A stretch of DNA of 58,336 nt from Patescibacteria group bacterium (GTDB lineage: Bacteria > Patescibacteriota > Patescibacteriia > SG8-24): contig JBAYFM010000010.1 in the NCBI GenBank assembly GCA_041667185.1, forward strand, positions 1 to 58,336. Direction: 5' to 3'. Below, one piece after another: positions 8,266 to 16,811 of this stretch. The translations under genes were made by a program, and so were the position numbers. The notes beneath the pieces were generated by a model. It ran no database searches, had not been told where the DNA came from, and worked only from the letters and a program-made list of their open reading frames with translations. How positions within the stretch are numbered: the stretch's first letter is position 1; the number at the start of each line of letters is the position of its first letter.

Positions 8266-8299
8266 GCAGATGTTCCGGCTCGTCAGCCGTCAGAGATGA

Positions 8300-10201
8300 T
8301 TATTTGTTGCCTTCCGCTTCCGCCAACTTAGCCTCGTATTCTTTCTTGGCCGCTTCGATCTCGAGAAGCTGTTGCGGGTTCGTGGTGACGACCTGGTCCT
8401 CGGTATAGGAAGCGACGACCTTGATCGCCGCGTGCTTGTTGCCGGCGAAGAAGATCCCCTCGCCCACGCCACCCTCGAGCAGCAGGAACTTCTCGCCCTC
8501 CGTGAGCATGAAAGTCTTCTGCAGATTATCGACCGCAGCCGGCGACTGTTTCAGCAGGAGCTGCATGGCGGAATTCGTGACGATCGCCTGGCCGAACGGC
8601 GAGCGCAGGAAGTCGTTGACGTCCTGGGTGATGGTCGTGACGCCGAGATAATACTTGCGGCAGCGTTTGACGAGAGCGAAGATGAATTTCGCGGAATCCT
8701 CGTTCTGCATGAGCCACCAAGCCTCGTCGATGACGAGGATGCGCTTCTTCCGTTCCGCGCGGACGACGTTCCAGATGTAATTGACGATGGCGTAGATCGC
8801 GAGCGGCCGTAGCTCGTCCTCGAGGTCGCGCACGCAGAAGGTCACGAGGATGTTGTTCATCGCGACCGTGGTCGGGGAATTGAACAGGCCGGAGAAAGTG
8901 CCTTCGGTGTATTTCTTGATGCGGATGACGAGATCGGCCGTCCCCTCCATGCCCTCGAGCACCTGCTGGAAATCCTGCATGATCGGCATCTCGACCGTGG
9001 CCAGGTCCGCGTCCGGCGTGATGTCCTTCTTGGCGTAGGTCTCAAGCAAAGCGCGATCCAGGACGGAATCTTCCTGAGGCGTCACGTTGCCGAGCATGAT
9101 GCGCAGCAGGCCCTTCACGGTGATGACCGCGCTCCGGATGATGTCCTCGGTCGACACTTCGCTGCTGATGGCGCGCGGCAGATCGAACGGATTGATCTTG
9201 GCGTCGGAGGCCAGCGAGATATTGATGTAAGTGCCGCCGACGGCGTCAGACAAATGCTTGTACTCCATTTCCGGGTCAATGACGATGACCTCGGTGTTGA
9301 GCATGAGCGACCGCAGGATCTCGAGTTTCACGGCGTAGCTCTTGCCGGCGCCGGAGGTGGCGAAGACGATGTAGTTCGCGTTCTGCATCGAGAAGCGGTC
9401 GAACAGGATCAGGCTGTTGTTGTGGCGGTTGATGCCGAACAGGATGCCGTTGTCCGAGGTAAGGTCCGCGGAGATGAACGGGAACGAGGAAGCGATCGGA
9501 CTGGAGTTCATGTTGAAAGTGATCATGAGCTCGTCGTTCCCGAGCGGCATGGTCGAGTTGAACCCCTGCTCCGAAGTGTAGAAAACCCGCTTGGTATAGA
9601 TCAATTTGCCGCCGAAGAGCGTCTCCACATCCTCGGAAAGCTTGTCGAGCTGAGTCTTGTCCTTGGCGTAGATGGTGACGTAAAGCGCGAACTGGAAGAA
9701 ATGCTCGGTGCCCTGCGAGAGCGAGTCGCGGAGATCCTCGATGTCGCGGAGCGCGGTCTCGCGGATCGGATCGCGGGGCGCGCCTTTCTCGGAATCCGAC
9801 AGGATCTGCGCTTCGAGCGCGCCGACCTTCTTTTTGAGCTGCTTCAGGATGATGTCCGCGCGGACCGGATAAAAGAACATGGCGACGTCGAGCGTCGTGT
9901 TCATGTTGATGATCGGCGCGAACCAGCCGAGGGTCACGTAGCGCGGGTAGGTCACGACGAAGATGGTCCGGACGAAAGTCTCGCCGAGGACCAGGAAGGT
10001 CGGATCGATCTTCATCCCGGCCGGAGCGATGACATCCTTGATGGAGACGACGCCTTTGCGATAGATGCGCTCCTCCTCGAGCAGTTGTTTCTCGGTCGCG
10101 ATCTTCTCAGCCTCGGCGAGCTTCCGGCGATCGGCCGGATCCGGCTGGCGAGGCGGCTGGACCGCTCCGGTCGCGCCTAGTTGTTGCGGTTTGAAAGCCA
10201 T
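8300..10201 (-). CDS. virB4: VirB4/TrsE/PrgJ-type type IV secretion ATPase
   Basis: 633 aa. Walker A is VFATSGAGKSYAVK and Walker B is RILVIDEAWWLM. The N-terminal domain has the VirB4 pattern (VRTIFVVTYPRYVTLGWFAPIIN). Confidence 0.9.
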   Translation of the reverse strand: MAFKPQQLGATGAVQPPRQPDPADRRKLAEAEKIATEKQLLEEERIYRKGVVSIKDVIAPAGMKIDPTFLVLGETFVRTIFVVTYPRYVTLGWFAPIINMNTTLDVAMFFYPVRADIILKQLKKKVGALEAQILSDSEKGAPRDPIRETALRDIEDLRDSLSQGTEHFFQFALYVTIYAKDKTQLDKLSEDVETLFGGKLIYTKRVFYTSEQGFNSTMPLGNDELMITFNMNSSPIASSFPFISADLTSDNGILFGINRHNNSLILFDRFSMQNANYIVFATSGAGKSYAVKLEILRSLMLNTEVIVIDPEMEYKHLSDAVGGTYINISLASDAKINPFDLPRAISSEVSTEDIIRSAVITVKGLLRIMLGNVTPQEDSVLDRALLETYAKKDITPDADLATVEMPIMQDFQQVLEGMEGTADLVIRIKKYTEGTFSGLFNSPTTVAMNNILVTFCVRDLEDELRPLAIYAIVNYIWNVVRAERKKRILVIDEAWWLMQNEDSAKFIFALVKRCRKYYLGVTTITQDVNDFLRSPFGQAIVTNSAMQLLLKQSPAAVDNLQKTFMLTEGEKFLLLEGGVGEGIFFAGNKHAAIKVVASYTEDQVVTTNPQQLLEIEAAKKEYEAKLAEAEGNK

Positions 10202-10208
10202 AGTGTGA

Positions 10209-10904
10209 TCAGACCGTGGACGCGTTATCGCTCACGCGCAATTTATCGGTGTCGCTCATCTTCTCGGAATCGAAAGTTTCCGGATTATAGACCCGATAAT
10301 AGAGCTCGATGAGGCTCTGGGTGTCGAGCTGTTGGGATTTCAGGCCCATGCTGTTCAGCGCGCTCTGCATATGCTCGACGCGGAGCATCAGCTGCTGTTT
10401 GCGCTCCTGGAAACGCTTCTCGGCGAGCCGCACGGACAGCGCGGGCGAGATCGCGTCCTGCAGCTGCGCGAAAAATCCCTTGCGCTTGTCGGACAGCGGA
10501 TTGTACGGCACGACCACGAAGAACTGCTTCTGCATGATCTGTCCGAGATCGATGAGTTCCTTGATGAACGCGCGGTATTCGGAGATCTGCATCCGTAGCA
10601 GGTCGTTCTGCTGTTCCCGTTCGGCCGCCTGCAGGCGTTCCAGATATTTGTCGATGTTCAGGCGCCGCGACTGGATGACGATCTGCAGCGGATACTCGAG
10701 CGAGTTCAGGAAAGCGACGTACTGGGCGATGACCGCGTTCTGCTCGTCCTCGGATTTGAGGGCGAAATTGATGCTGGCGACCATGATGACGGCCCGAAGC
10801 GTGCCATCGCGCATGATGACGATGTCCTCCTTGATCTCGGCAATGTCGATGTAACGCTGGGTGGCCGGACCCGGTTTCGGACCGGCCAATTTCTGGGACT
10901 GCAT
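10209..10904 (-). CDS. stand-alone protein resembling the N-terminal domain of Gram-positive VirB4 (TcpF/Orf16-type)
   Basis: 231 aa. DIAEIKEDIVIMRDGTLRAVIMVASINFALKSEDEQNAVIAQYVAFLNSLEYPLQIVIQSRRLNIDKYL matches the I..I..d.i....G....v..v..iNF.L.S..Eq..i...f..fL..l..p.Qi pattern. No P-loop is present. Confidence 0.7.
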   Translation of the reverse strand: MQSQKLAGPKPGPATQRYIDIAEIKEDIVIMRDGTLRAVIMVASINFALKSEDEQNAVIAQYVAFLNSLEYPLQIVIQSRRLNIDKYLERLQAAEREQQNDLLRMQISEYRAFIKELIDLGQIMQKQFFVVVPYNPLSDKRKGFFAQLQDAISPALSVRLAEKRFQERKQQLMLRVEHMQSALNSMGLKSQQLDTQSLIELYYRVYNPETFDSEKMSDTDKLRVSDNASTV

Positions 10905-10910
10905 AGGACT

Positions 10911-11348
10911 CTAGTCTTCCGGATTATAGACGCCGCCCGTGTTCACGATGAGCGACAGTTCGTTCAGCTTGGTCGTGCCCAGCGCCTCCTTGTAGATCCT
11001 CTTTTTGGGCGGCAGGGGCGGCGGAACCCTGACGATGAAATTCAACTCGGCATCGGTCAGGTTCTTGTCCCAGGCCCGCAGAGCCGGCCGCCGCAGCGTC
11101 TGGACCAGATTGAGCAGAAAAAAATGGAACGGTTGGCCGTTGACCCGGAAAAAAGCCAGGGTGCCGCCGATGAGAAGCAGGGCGATGGCCACGACCAGGA
11201 ACAGGCTGAAATCGAAGAGCTTGTAGGCCAGGAACTGAAAAAACGCCATTGCGAGCAGGATCACGAATTGGCGCGTAGTGACCGGCCCGATGATCTTATC
11301 CTCCACCTCGATGAATTGCGGCACGGTGTACTTCATGACGTCTTCCAT
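10911..11348 (-). CDS. PrgI family (VirB3-like) small membrane protein
   Basis: 145 aa. KYTVPQFIEVEDKIIGPVTTRQFVILLAMAFF followed by two TM segments is the typical PrgI layout. It lies immediately upstream of the VirB4-type genes. Confidence 0.75.
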   Translation of the reverse strand: MEDVMKYTVPQFIEVEDKIIGPVTTRQFVILLAMAFFQFLAYKLFDFSLFLVVAIALLLIGGTLAFFRVNGQPFHFFLLNLVQTLRRPALRAWDKNLTDAELNFIVRVPPPLPPKKRIYKEALGTTKLNELSLIVNTGGVYNPED

Positions 11349-11386
11349 TATATCACAACCCCGCAGGACGGTCGCACGACCCCGGA

Positions 11387-12685
11387 TCAGCCGAAGCGGA
11401 GCTTCCGATTAAGCTCCATGATGGCATCGAATTCCGCTTTGTTGAGCACATTTTCGCCCTTGGATTCCTTCTCGGCGATGATCTCCATGATCGGCCTTCC
11501 TTCAAGGCTGGAGCGCAATAATTCAAGATAAAGGCGGTTAGCCTCCGATTCCTGCCAACCCCTGATGCCGGCCGTGCGTTTTTCGAACGACTCTTCTTTG
11601 AGCAGGTCGATCTTATCGGTGATCTTCAGGGTCGCTTCATGCGGATCGCGCGACAGGCGGCGGAAGTCCTTGATGGTCATGGCGCGCAATTCTTCGACCG
11701 GACCGAGGAGTTTGGAAGCGAATTTGACGTCAGAGACCACCGGCTTGATCTCGGTCAGAGCCGGAATCTGGACCTGCGCTGGCGCCGCTGGTTCGGGAGT
11801 CGGCGCTTCCTCTGCCCGGACGACCGGCAATCCCGGCGGCGGCGGAGCTTTGGCTGCCGAGGGTACCAATTCGATATTGATCGTTTCGGGCTCGGCGGAA
11901 ACAGCGGGATGAATGGCCGCGGCATCGACCACCGTGATGATCTTCGGGGTCGAGGGCACGGCTGGCTGGACCGGGAACGGCGGCGCTGCGGCAGCGGAAC
12001 CGGATCTCTGGGTGATCTCCGAGAAACGACGCTCCAGAGTCTCGACCTCTTTCGTCTGCGCCTGCTCGGAGACGTTCAGGACCTTTTCCGCCTGCGTCGC
12101 GAGATACCGCTGTCTCGCCGCATCATTGGCCGACTGGATCAGGCCGCGATAAGCGGCGACCTTGGCTTCGAGCAGCGCCATGACGCGGTCAGCCTCGGCA
12201 TCGTCGAGTCCCATGCCGCCGGAGCCGCGGGACATCGTGAGCTTGGACCTGGTCTCGAGCGCGTCGCGCAGATCGCGGAAGAACAGGTTCACAGCGGTCT
12301 GGTATCTTTTTTCGAGATCGAAATCATTGAGCCGGACGCCGCTGGCTTTGACCGCGTCCGCGACCGCCGCGTCCAGACAATCGGCTTCCGAGGCCATGCC
12401 GGATGAGTCGGCTTTCTGCTCGGCACGGGCGGTCTCTCCGGCCGCGATGAGATCGGCGGAATCGAACTTCGAAACATCGGGTTTCTTTTCGACGACTGAC
12501 GTCGGCAAAGCCGTGGCGGGAACAGTTGCCGCCGCCGGCAGTTGATCCGCGCCGTCCGGCGATGCGGAAACAGCCAGTGCGGTCGTCTGATCGCCCTTGA
12601 TGACGCGTCGGGGCTGGTTCTTGCTGACGACGATGATCTCGTCGTCATCCAGACCGAACGATCGATTGCTGGCGTTGTCGGCCAT
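11387..12685 (-). CDS. hypothetical protein (Ala/Pro-rich, coiled-coil-like) of the T4SS-like operon
   Basis: The ORF track gives 11387..12745. The ATG at 12685 (MADNASNRSF...) starts 10 nt after the upstream stop at 12696, so I prefer it. I recognise no motif. Confidence 0.65.
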   Translation of the reverse strand: MADNASNRSFGLDDDEIIVVSKNQPRRVIKGDQTTALAVSASPDGADQLPAAATVPATALPTSVVEKKPDVSKFDSADLIAAGETARAEQKADSSGMASEADCLDAAVADAVKASGVRLNDFDLEKRYQTAVNLFFRDLRDALETRSKLTMSRGSGGMGLDDAEADRVMALLEAKVAAYRGLIQSANDAARQRYLATQAEKVLNVSEQAQTKEVETLERRFSEITQRSGSAAAAPPFPVQPAVPSTPKIITVVDAAAIHPAVSAEPETINIELVPSAAKAPPPPGLPVVRAEEAPTPEPAAPAQVQIPALTEIKPVVSDVKFASKLLGPVEELRAMTIKDFRRLSRDPHEATLKITDKIDLLKEESFEKRTAGIRGWQESEANRLYLELLRSSLEGRPIMEIIAEKESKGENVLNKAEFDAIMELNRKLRFG

Positions 12686-12695
12686 AGATCTGTGG

Positions 12696-13982
12696 TTAGA
12701 CTTCCACCGGTTCAAGCCATTTGAATATCCCCTCGTCCGCGTCAAAAGCCGCGAGTTCAGCGTCTGCCGTCAACAGATTGTTCTTTTTCAGCAGATTATA
12801 AGCTCGCAAACCGAACCGGGCGGAATCATTCTCGGTCAGTCCGGCGAAACCGCGCAACAGCATTTGCATGAAAAAATTGAAGAAGCGCGTCTGGTAGGGA
12901 TCGATCTCAAGCATCGCCGCCCCGTCCGCGTTGCCGGCCGCCAGACGATCGGCGACCAGGTTGCGCAAGCGCTTGTCCTTGGCCAAAACATCCCACAGCG
13001 TGCCTGTCTGGGCCAGCGCCATGATCGCGGACACGACCTCCAGCCGGTCAACAGCCTTCCCCTCTTCCGGGAAAAGCTGGATGAAAAGCCAACCAGCCAG
13101 ATCCTCCGGCTTTCGGCCAGCAGTATCGAAAATATTCTGGATGTGCCGGGCGAGATCAGCCTGTTCTTCGGGCGCGCCGGCATAGATGTCACGGATCATT
13201 TTCGGCGTGAACCTGGGCTCGGCCGCCGCCGCAGCGGAAACCGGCGGCACGATATCTTCGATGAAGACGGTCGCGTTCAACTCATCATGAATGGCGTCCA
13301 GGATCCGCTCGGCATCTTCCGAAGCCAGGTCGAGCCCGCCGGTCTTCACCGGTTTCATCAGCTGTTCCTTGATCTGAGTGTCGGTCCGGACCGCGCGCAG
13401 ACGCGTTTCGATGAGATGCTGCAGGCGCACGCTATCGAACTGGGGCGGCAGGAATTTGGCGGCCTCAGCGGAGATCTGGCGGGCGCCAGCGTCATAACTC
13501 ATGAGCTGCAACGCCAGTTTCTCCTGCGGAAAAACTGCCGGATCAACCTTCAAATCCCTGATGAACCCATCGACATCGCCGATATAGCCGCTAGCCGGCA
13601 AAAACAATTGTCCAGCGATCTCGACCGCCAGTTTATCCAGTCGCTCCCGGTCGGACCATTTGAGACGTTCGGCCAACAGGCCATGGAATTCCTTGAACGG
13701 CCGGGTGCGGAAAAAAATGGCGTTGATGACGCTGACCATGGCGAAGATCTCATCGCTCGCCAACTGGAAGTCAGTCGCGACCTTCTCGAACCTGGCATCG
13801 GTCGACGGCGACAAGAGATATTCCCTGATGGCGGCCGGAGCTTTCTCCAGCAACTCGAAAAAATCCGTGTCCGGCGCTGGCGGCGCCGGCTCGGCCGGCA
13901 GCGGCGACGCTGAAACAGCGGCTGATCCGGGAATCGTCCCGGCCGCGCCCGCTGCTCCGGCTTTTACTGTCTCCTCAGACAT
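12696..13982 (-). CDS. hypothetical protein of the T4SS-like operon
   Basis: 428-aa ORF with ordinary amino-acid composition. The competing plus-strand ORF 12597..13913 is Arg-rich, as expected for antisense reading. Confidence 0.7.
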   Translation of the reverse strand: MSEETVKAGAAGAAGTIPGSAAVSASPLPAEPAPPAPDTDFFELLEKAPAAIREYLLSPSTDARFEKVATDFQLASDEIFAMVSVINAIFFRTRPFKEFHGLLAERLKWSDRERLDKLAVEIAGQLFLPASGYIGDVDGFIRDLKVDPAVFPQEKLALQLMSYDAGARQISAEAAKFLPPQFDSVRLQHLIETRLRAVRTDTQIKEQLMKPVKTGGLDLASEDAERILDAIHDELNATVFIEDIVPPVSAAAAAEPRFTPKMIRDIYAGAPEEQADLARHIQNIFDTAGRKPEDLAGWLFIQLFPEEGKAVDRLEVVSAIMALAQTGTLWDVLAKDKRLRNLVADRLAAGNADGAAMLEIDPYQTRFFNFFMQMLLRGFAGLTENDSARFGLRAYNLLKKNNLLTADAELAAFDADEGIFKWLEPVEV

Positions 13983-14006
13983 AATTCTTCACGCCGACTC
14001 CCCGAC

Positions 14007-16811
14007 CTAAGCGCTCTTGACCCGGCCGGCGGCTGAAGCTCCGGCGATACCTTTGGGAGCCGCTTTCTGGATTATCTGTTTGGACGCTTCCTGCGCCCTC
14101 GCGATCCTCTCCATCATGATCTTGATCTCGGCCTTGAACTCATCACTGTCGTGGCCCAGGCTGGGACGCATCTTTTCGACCAGTTTGGCGGCAATCTCGG
14201 CCGGATCCTTGATCGCGGCGATTCCCTGCGCCGCCTGCATCATGGCCGGATTTTTCGCCTCGGCCATCTGGTTGACCGTGGTAGCGTCAATATTGGTGAC
14301 GAGCTCGATGGCCACCTCGTTCACGCCGCCGCCAGCCGTAAGCACGGAGGGACTGATCGAGGCCGCCAACTCGGCCGCTTGCGCCGGCGACTCTTTGGCG
14401 CGTTCACGGAATTGCGCCCGTCCTTCGTCGGCATAGCTGCCGCTGAAATTACCGCTCGGGTTGAGCGAGAAATTCTCCAGCGTCCGGCTTTGCAGGGCGG
14501 CTTTCAACACGCTGGCCTGCCCGATGCTGTCCGGATTCTTGGCCAGTTCGTTGATACCAGACAACTTCAAGCCGTCGGCGATCTGTTTGGACAACTCGAC
14601 ATTCTTACCCAGAGCTTCAGCGTCGACCTTGGCCACTTGTTCAGTGGTCAGGGCGCGTCCTTTCTTGTTATCAGCCAGGGCCGACAGCACCGCCGGGGTC
14701 AATTCAGCCCCGTCGATCGCGGCCACCTGCGCGTTGCTCATCTTGCTGTTGATGGTCGGCAAGAGCTCCTGTTCCCGCTGTTTCAGATACCGCTGTTTTT
14801 CCTCGGACTCAAGACCGGCAGCCAGGCTCTCGCCGCTTTTCCTGTTCAGAAACGCGTTGATCTTGCCAGTGACATCCGTACCGGCGAAGTCCAAAGCCTT
14901 AGTCAGGGCTTTCGGATTCATCTTGGCCATCACATCGTCTGTCAGATCATCCTTGTTCATTTCACCGATCTTCTGAGGCGACAGGCTGCCGACGACCGAT
15001 TCGAAAGCCCGGCCATCAGTCTTAACGATGTCCATTCTCTCTTCTTCCGCTTTCGAAAGCTGGCCAGCCGCTTTCTTCTTCTCCAGATCCTGCCATTCTT
15101 TATAATTGGCGGCGGCGGCGGCCGGACGGGTCCTGATGGCTTTCCAGCGATCGCCGATATAGCTCGGATCATCCTTGACGAACGCTGAATGCTGATCCAT
15201 GGCTTCTTTAACCTTGGCGGTATTGCCGGAGATCAAAGCGGCAGACAGTTCATTCTTGGCCACAGCCGCAGCCCGAGCCCGACCAGCAGGTGTCAACCTG
15301 CCTAATTTACCCATCACAGCCTGAACCCGACCAGCAGGTGTCAACTTGCCTGATTTATCCACTGTGCCCGTGCCCATGGAAGCAGCGTATTTCTGATACT
15401 CCGGCGGCAGACCGCCAATCTCTTTCTCCGCCCGCGATCTGATTTCCGCGGACTTGGCCCGGGAATCGATCAAAGCTCTTTTGGCCAAGCCACCGCCCAT
15501 AAAAGACGGCAACCTCATGGCCTGGGCCAGACCAGCCTCTTTCAATTTATCCAGACGACCGCCACTCAAGTTATCAGCAGTCACGGCAACACCCCTGCCA
15601 GCCCTGAGGCTCATGCGACCGGCTTTCTGAGCGTATTTCGTCGCGCCCTGGCGGATCTGCTTGGCCATGCCCATGGTCTCGCCGGCCATCTCGGTCGCCA
15701 TCGTGTAACCGCCGAGCAGCAGACAGACGCCGATCATGAACTGCTGGACGCTCTGACTATTGAAAGCCGCTGAAACCTCGTCGCTGAAACTCTCCTCCTC
15801 GTTGCGCGCCGGAAAACCGGCGGTCACGTCGCCCTGCTGGACGACGGCCAGCGACAACCACAGGAAGAAAGCCAGGAACGGCCCCACGATCACGTTGCTC
15901 GTGAACTTGGACCACCACTTGCCGTAGAAACCCGAGGCCGCGCCGCCAGGGACCGCCTTCAGGAAGAACGCGAGCGGCGACAGGACGACGAGCAGCCACA
16001 GGAAAACGATGCGGACGATGAGAGTGATGGTCATCATGATGACCACGAAGGTCGCGATCGCCGTCATGACCACGGCGAGCAGCATGGACACGACGATGGC
16101 CGTGGTCGAAGCGTCGGCCCCTTCGCTCTTCGAAGAGTCCGAGGCCTGCATCATCTCGGTGATCTTCATGGCCTCCATGAAGTTGCCGCCGGCGGCATCC
16201 TTGAAGCCGCTCACGAAGGTCAGCATGACCACCTGGCCGAAATCGATCATGATGCCGCAGAGCGTGCGGGAGAAATTGATGACGATGGCCATGATCAGGA
16301 GGCGCGTGAGCTTGCCGCCCTTGATGCTGTAGTTGTCCATCCCGAGGATGGTCGCGAACGCCATGATCAGGAGGACCACGATGAAGAACATGTTGACCAC
16401 GTCCCGGAGGATCGACCAGCCGAGGCCGACCGCCGGCGACGTGACGAACGAGTTGTACTGAGCGACGTTGACGAGCACGCCCACGACGATGAGCAGCACC
16501 GAGGCTAGCAGCCAAATGATGAGCTCACTGGCGTAACCGATGATGACGACGACCATTTTCTCAATGGGATCTTTCGCGGCATAGACAGAGCTCGCCGACC
16601 AACACAAACCGACGACGACGATCGCCGCGACAGCCAGCATCGCGTAAGCATCGCGGCCGCGGGGGCGCGCAGCATAAAGTTCCGCCGCGCGGGAGCGAAG
16701 CCGGCCGATCTGGGTCCGGATACCGTTCAGTTTTGAGGCGATCATATGGCTCTGGTTCAGGGTCAACTTTACGGCACTTCGATCTTGATCTTGCCGTAAG
16801 CCCAGGTCCAC
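14007..16811 (-). CDS. polytopic membrane protein, VirB6/TrbL/PrgH-like by topology and position, with a ~540-aa hydrophilic C-terminal extension
   Basis: Multiple hydrophobic segments in the first ~390 aa (e.g. VVVIIGYASELIIWLLASVLLIVVGVLV, FFIVVLLIMAFATILG, IVVSMLLAVVMTAIATFVVIMMTITLIVRIVFLWLLVVLSPLAFF), then a Lys/Ala-rich soluble tail. An alternative start at 16745 (MIASKLNG) would remove the overlap with the giant gene. Confidence 0.7.
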   Translation of the reverse strand: MDLGLRQDQDRSAVKLTLNQSHMIASKLNGIRTQIGRLRSRAAELYAARPRGRDAYAMLAVAAIVVVGLCWSASSVYAAKDPIEKMVVVIIGYASELIIWLLASVLLIVVGVLVNVAQYNSFVTSPAVGLGWSILRDVVNMFFIVVLLIMAFATILGMDNYSIKGGKLTRLLIMAIVINFSRTLCGIMIDFGQVVMLTFVSGFKDAAGGNFMEAMKITEMMQASDSSKSEGADASTTAIVVSMLLAVVMTAIATFVVIMMTITLIVRIVFLWLLVVLSPLAFFLKAVPGGAASGFYGKWWSKFTSNVIVGPFLAFFLWLSLAVVQQGDVTAGFPARNEEESFSDEVSAAFNSQSVQQFMIGVCLLLGGYTMATEMAGETMGMAKQIRQGATKYAQKAGRMSLRAGRGVAVTADNLSGGRLDKLKEAGLAQAMRLPSFMGGGLAKRALIDSRAKSAEIRSRAEKEIGGLPPEYQKYAASMGTGTVDKSGKLTPAGRVQAVMGKLGRLTPAGRARAAAVAKNELSAALISGNTAKVKEAMDQHSAFVKDDPSYIGDRWKAIRTRPAAAAANYKEWQDLEKKKAAGQLSKAEEERMDIVKTDGRAFESVVGSLSPQKIGEMNKDDLTDDVMAKMNPKALTKALDFAGTDVTGKINAFLNRKSGESLAAGLESEEKQRYLKQREQELLPTINSKMSNAQVAAIDGAELTPAVLSALADNKKGRALTTEQVAKVDAEALGKNVELSKQIADGLKLSGINELAKNPDSIGQASVLKAALQSRTLENFSLNPSGNFSGSYADEGRAQFRERAKESPAQAAELAASISPSVLTAGGGVNEVAIELVTNIDATTVNQMAEAKNPAMMQAAQGIAAIKDPAEIAAKLVEKMRPSLGHDSDEFKAEIKIMMERIARAQEASKQIIQKAAPKGIAGASAAGRVKSA
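15278..15357 (-). repeat. in-frame 48-nt tandem duplication inside the VirB6-like gene
   Basis: cccgaccagcaggtgtcaac[c/t]tgcct[a/g]attta occurs at 15278-15309 and 15326-15357. It encodes GKL(G/S)..TPAGR twice. Confidence 0.75.

Noticed and set aside
12597-13913. 438-aa plus-strand ORF overlapping the 428-aa minus-strand ORF
   Set aside because: It is Arg-rich, low-complexity antisense translation. The minus-strand ORF fits the tight co-directional operon spacing.
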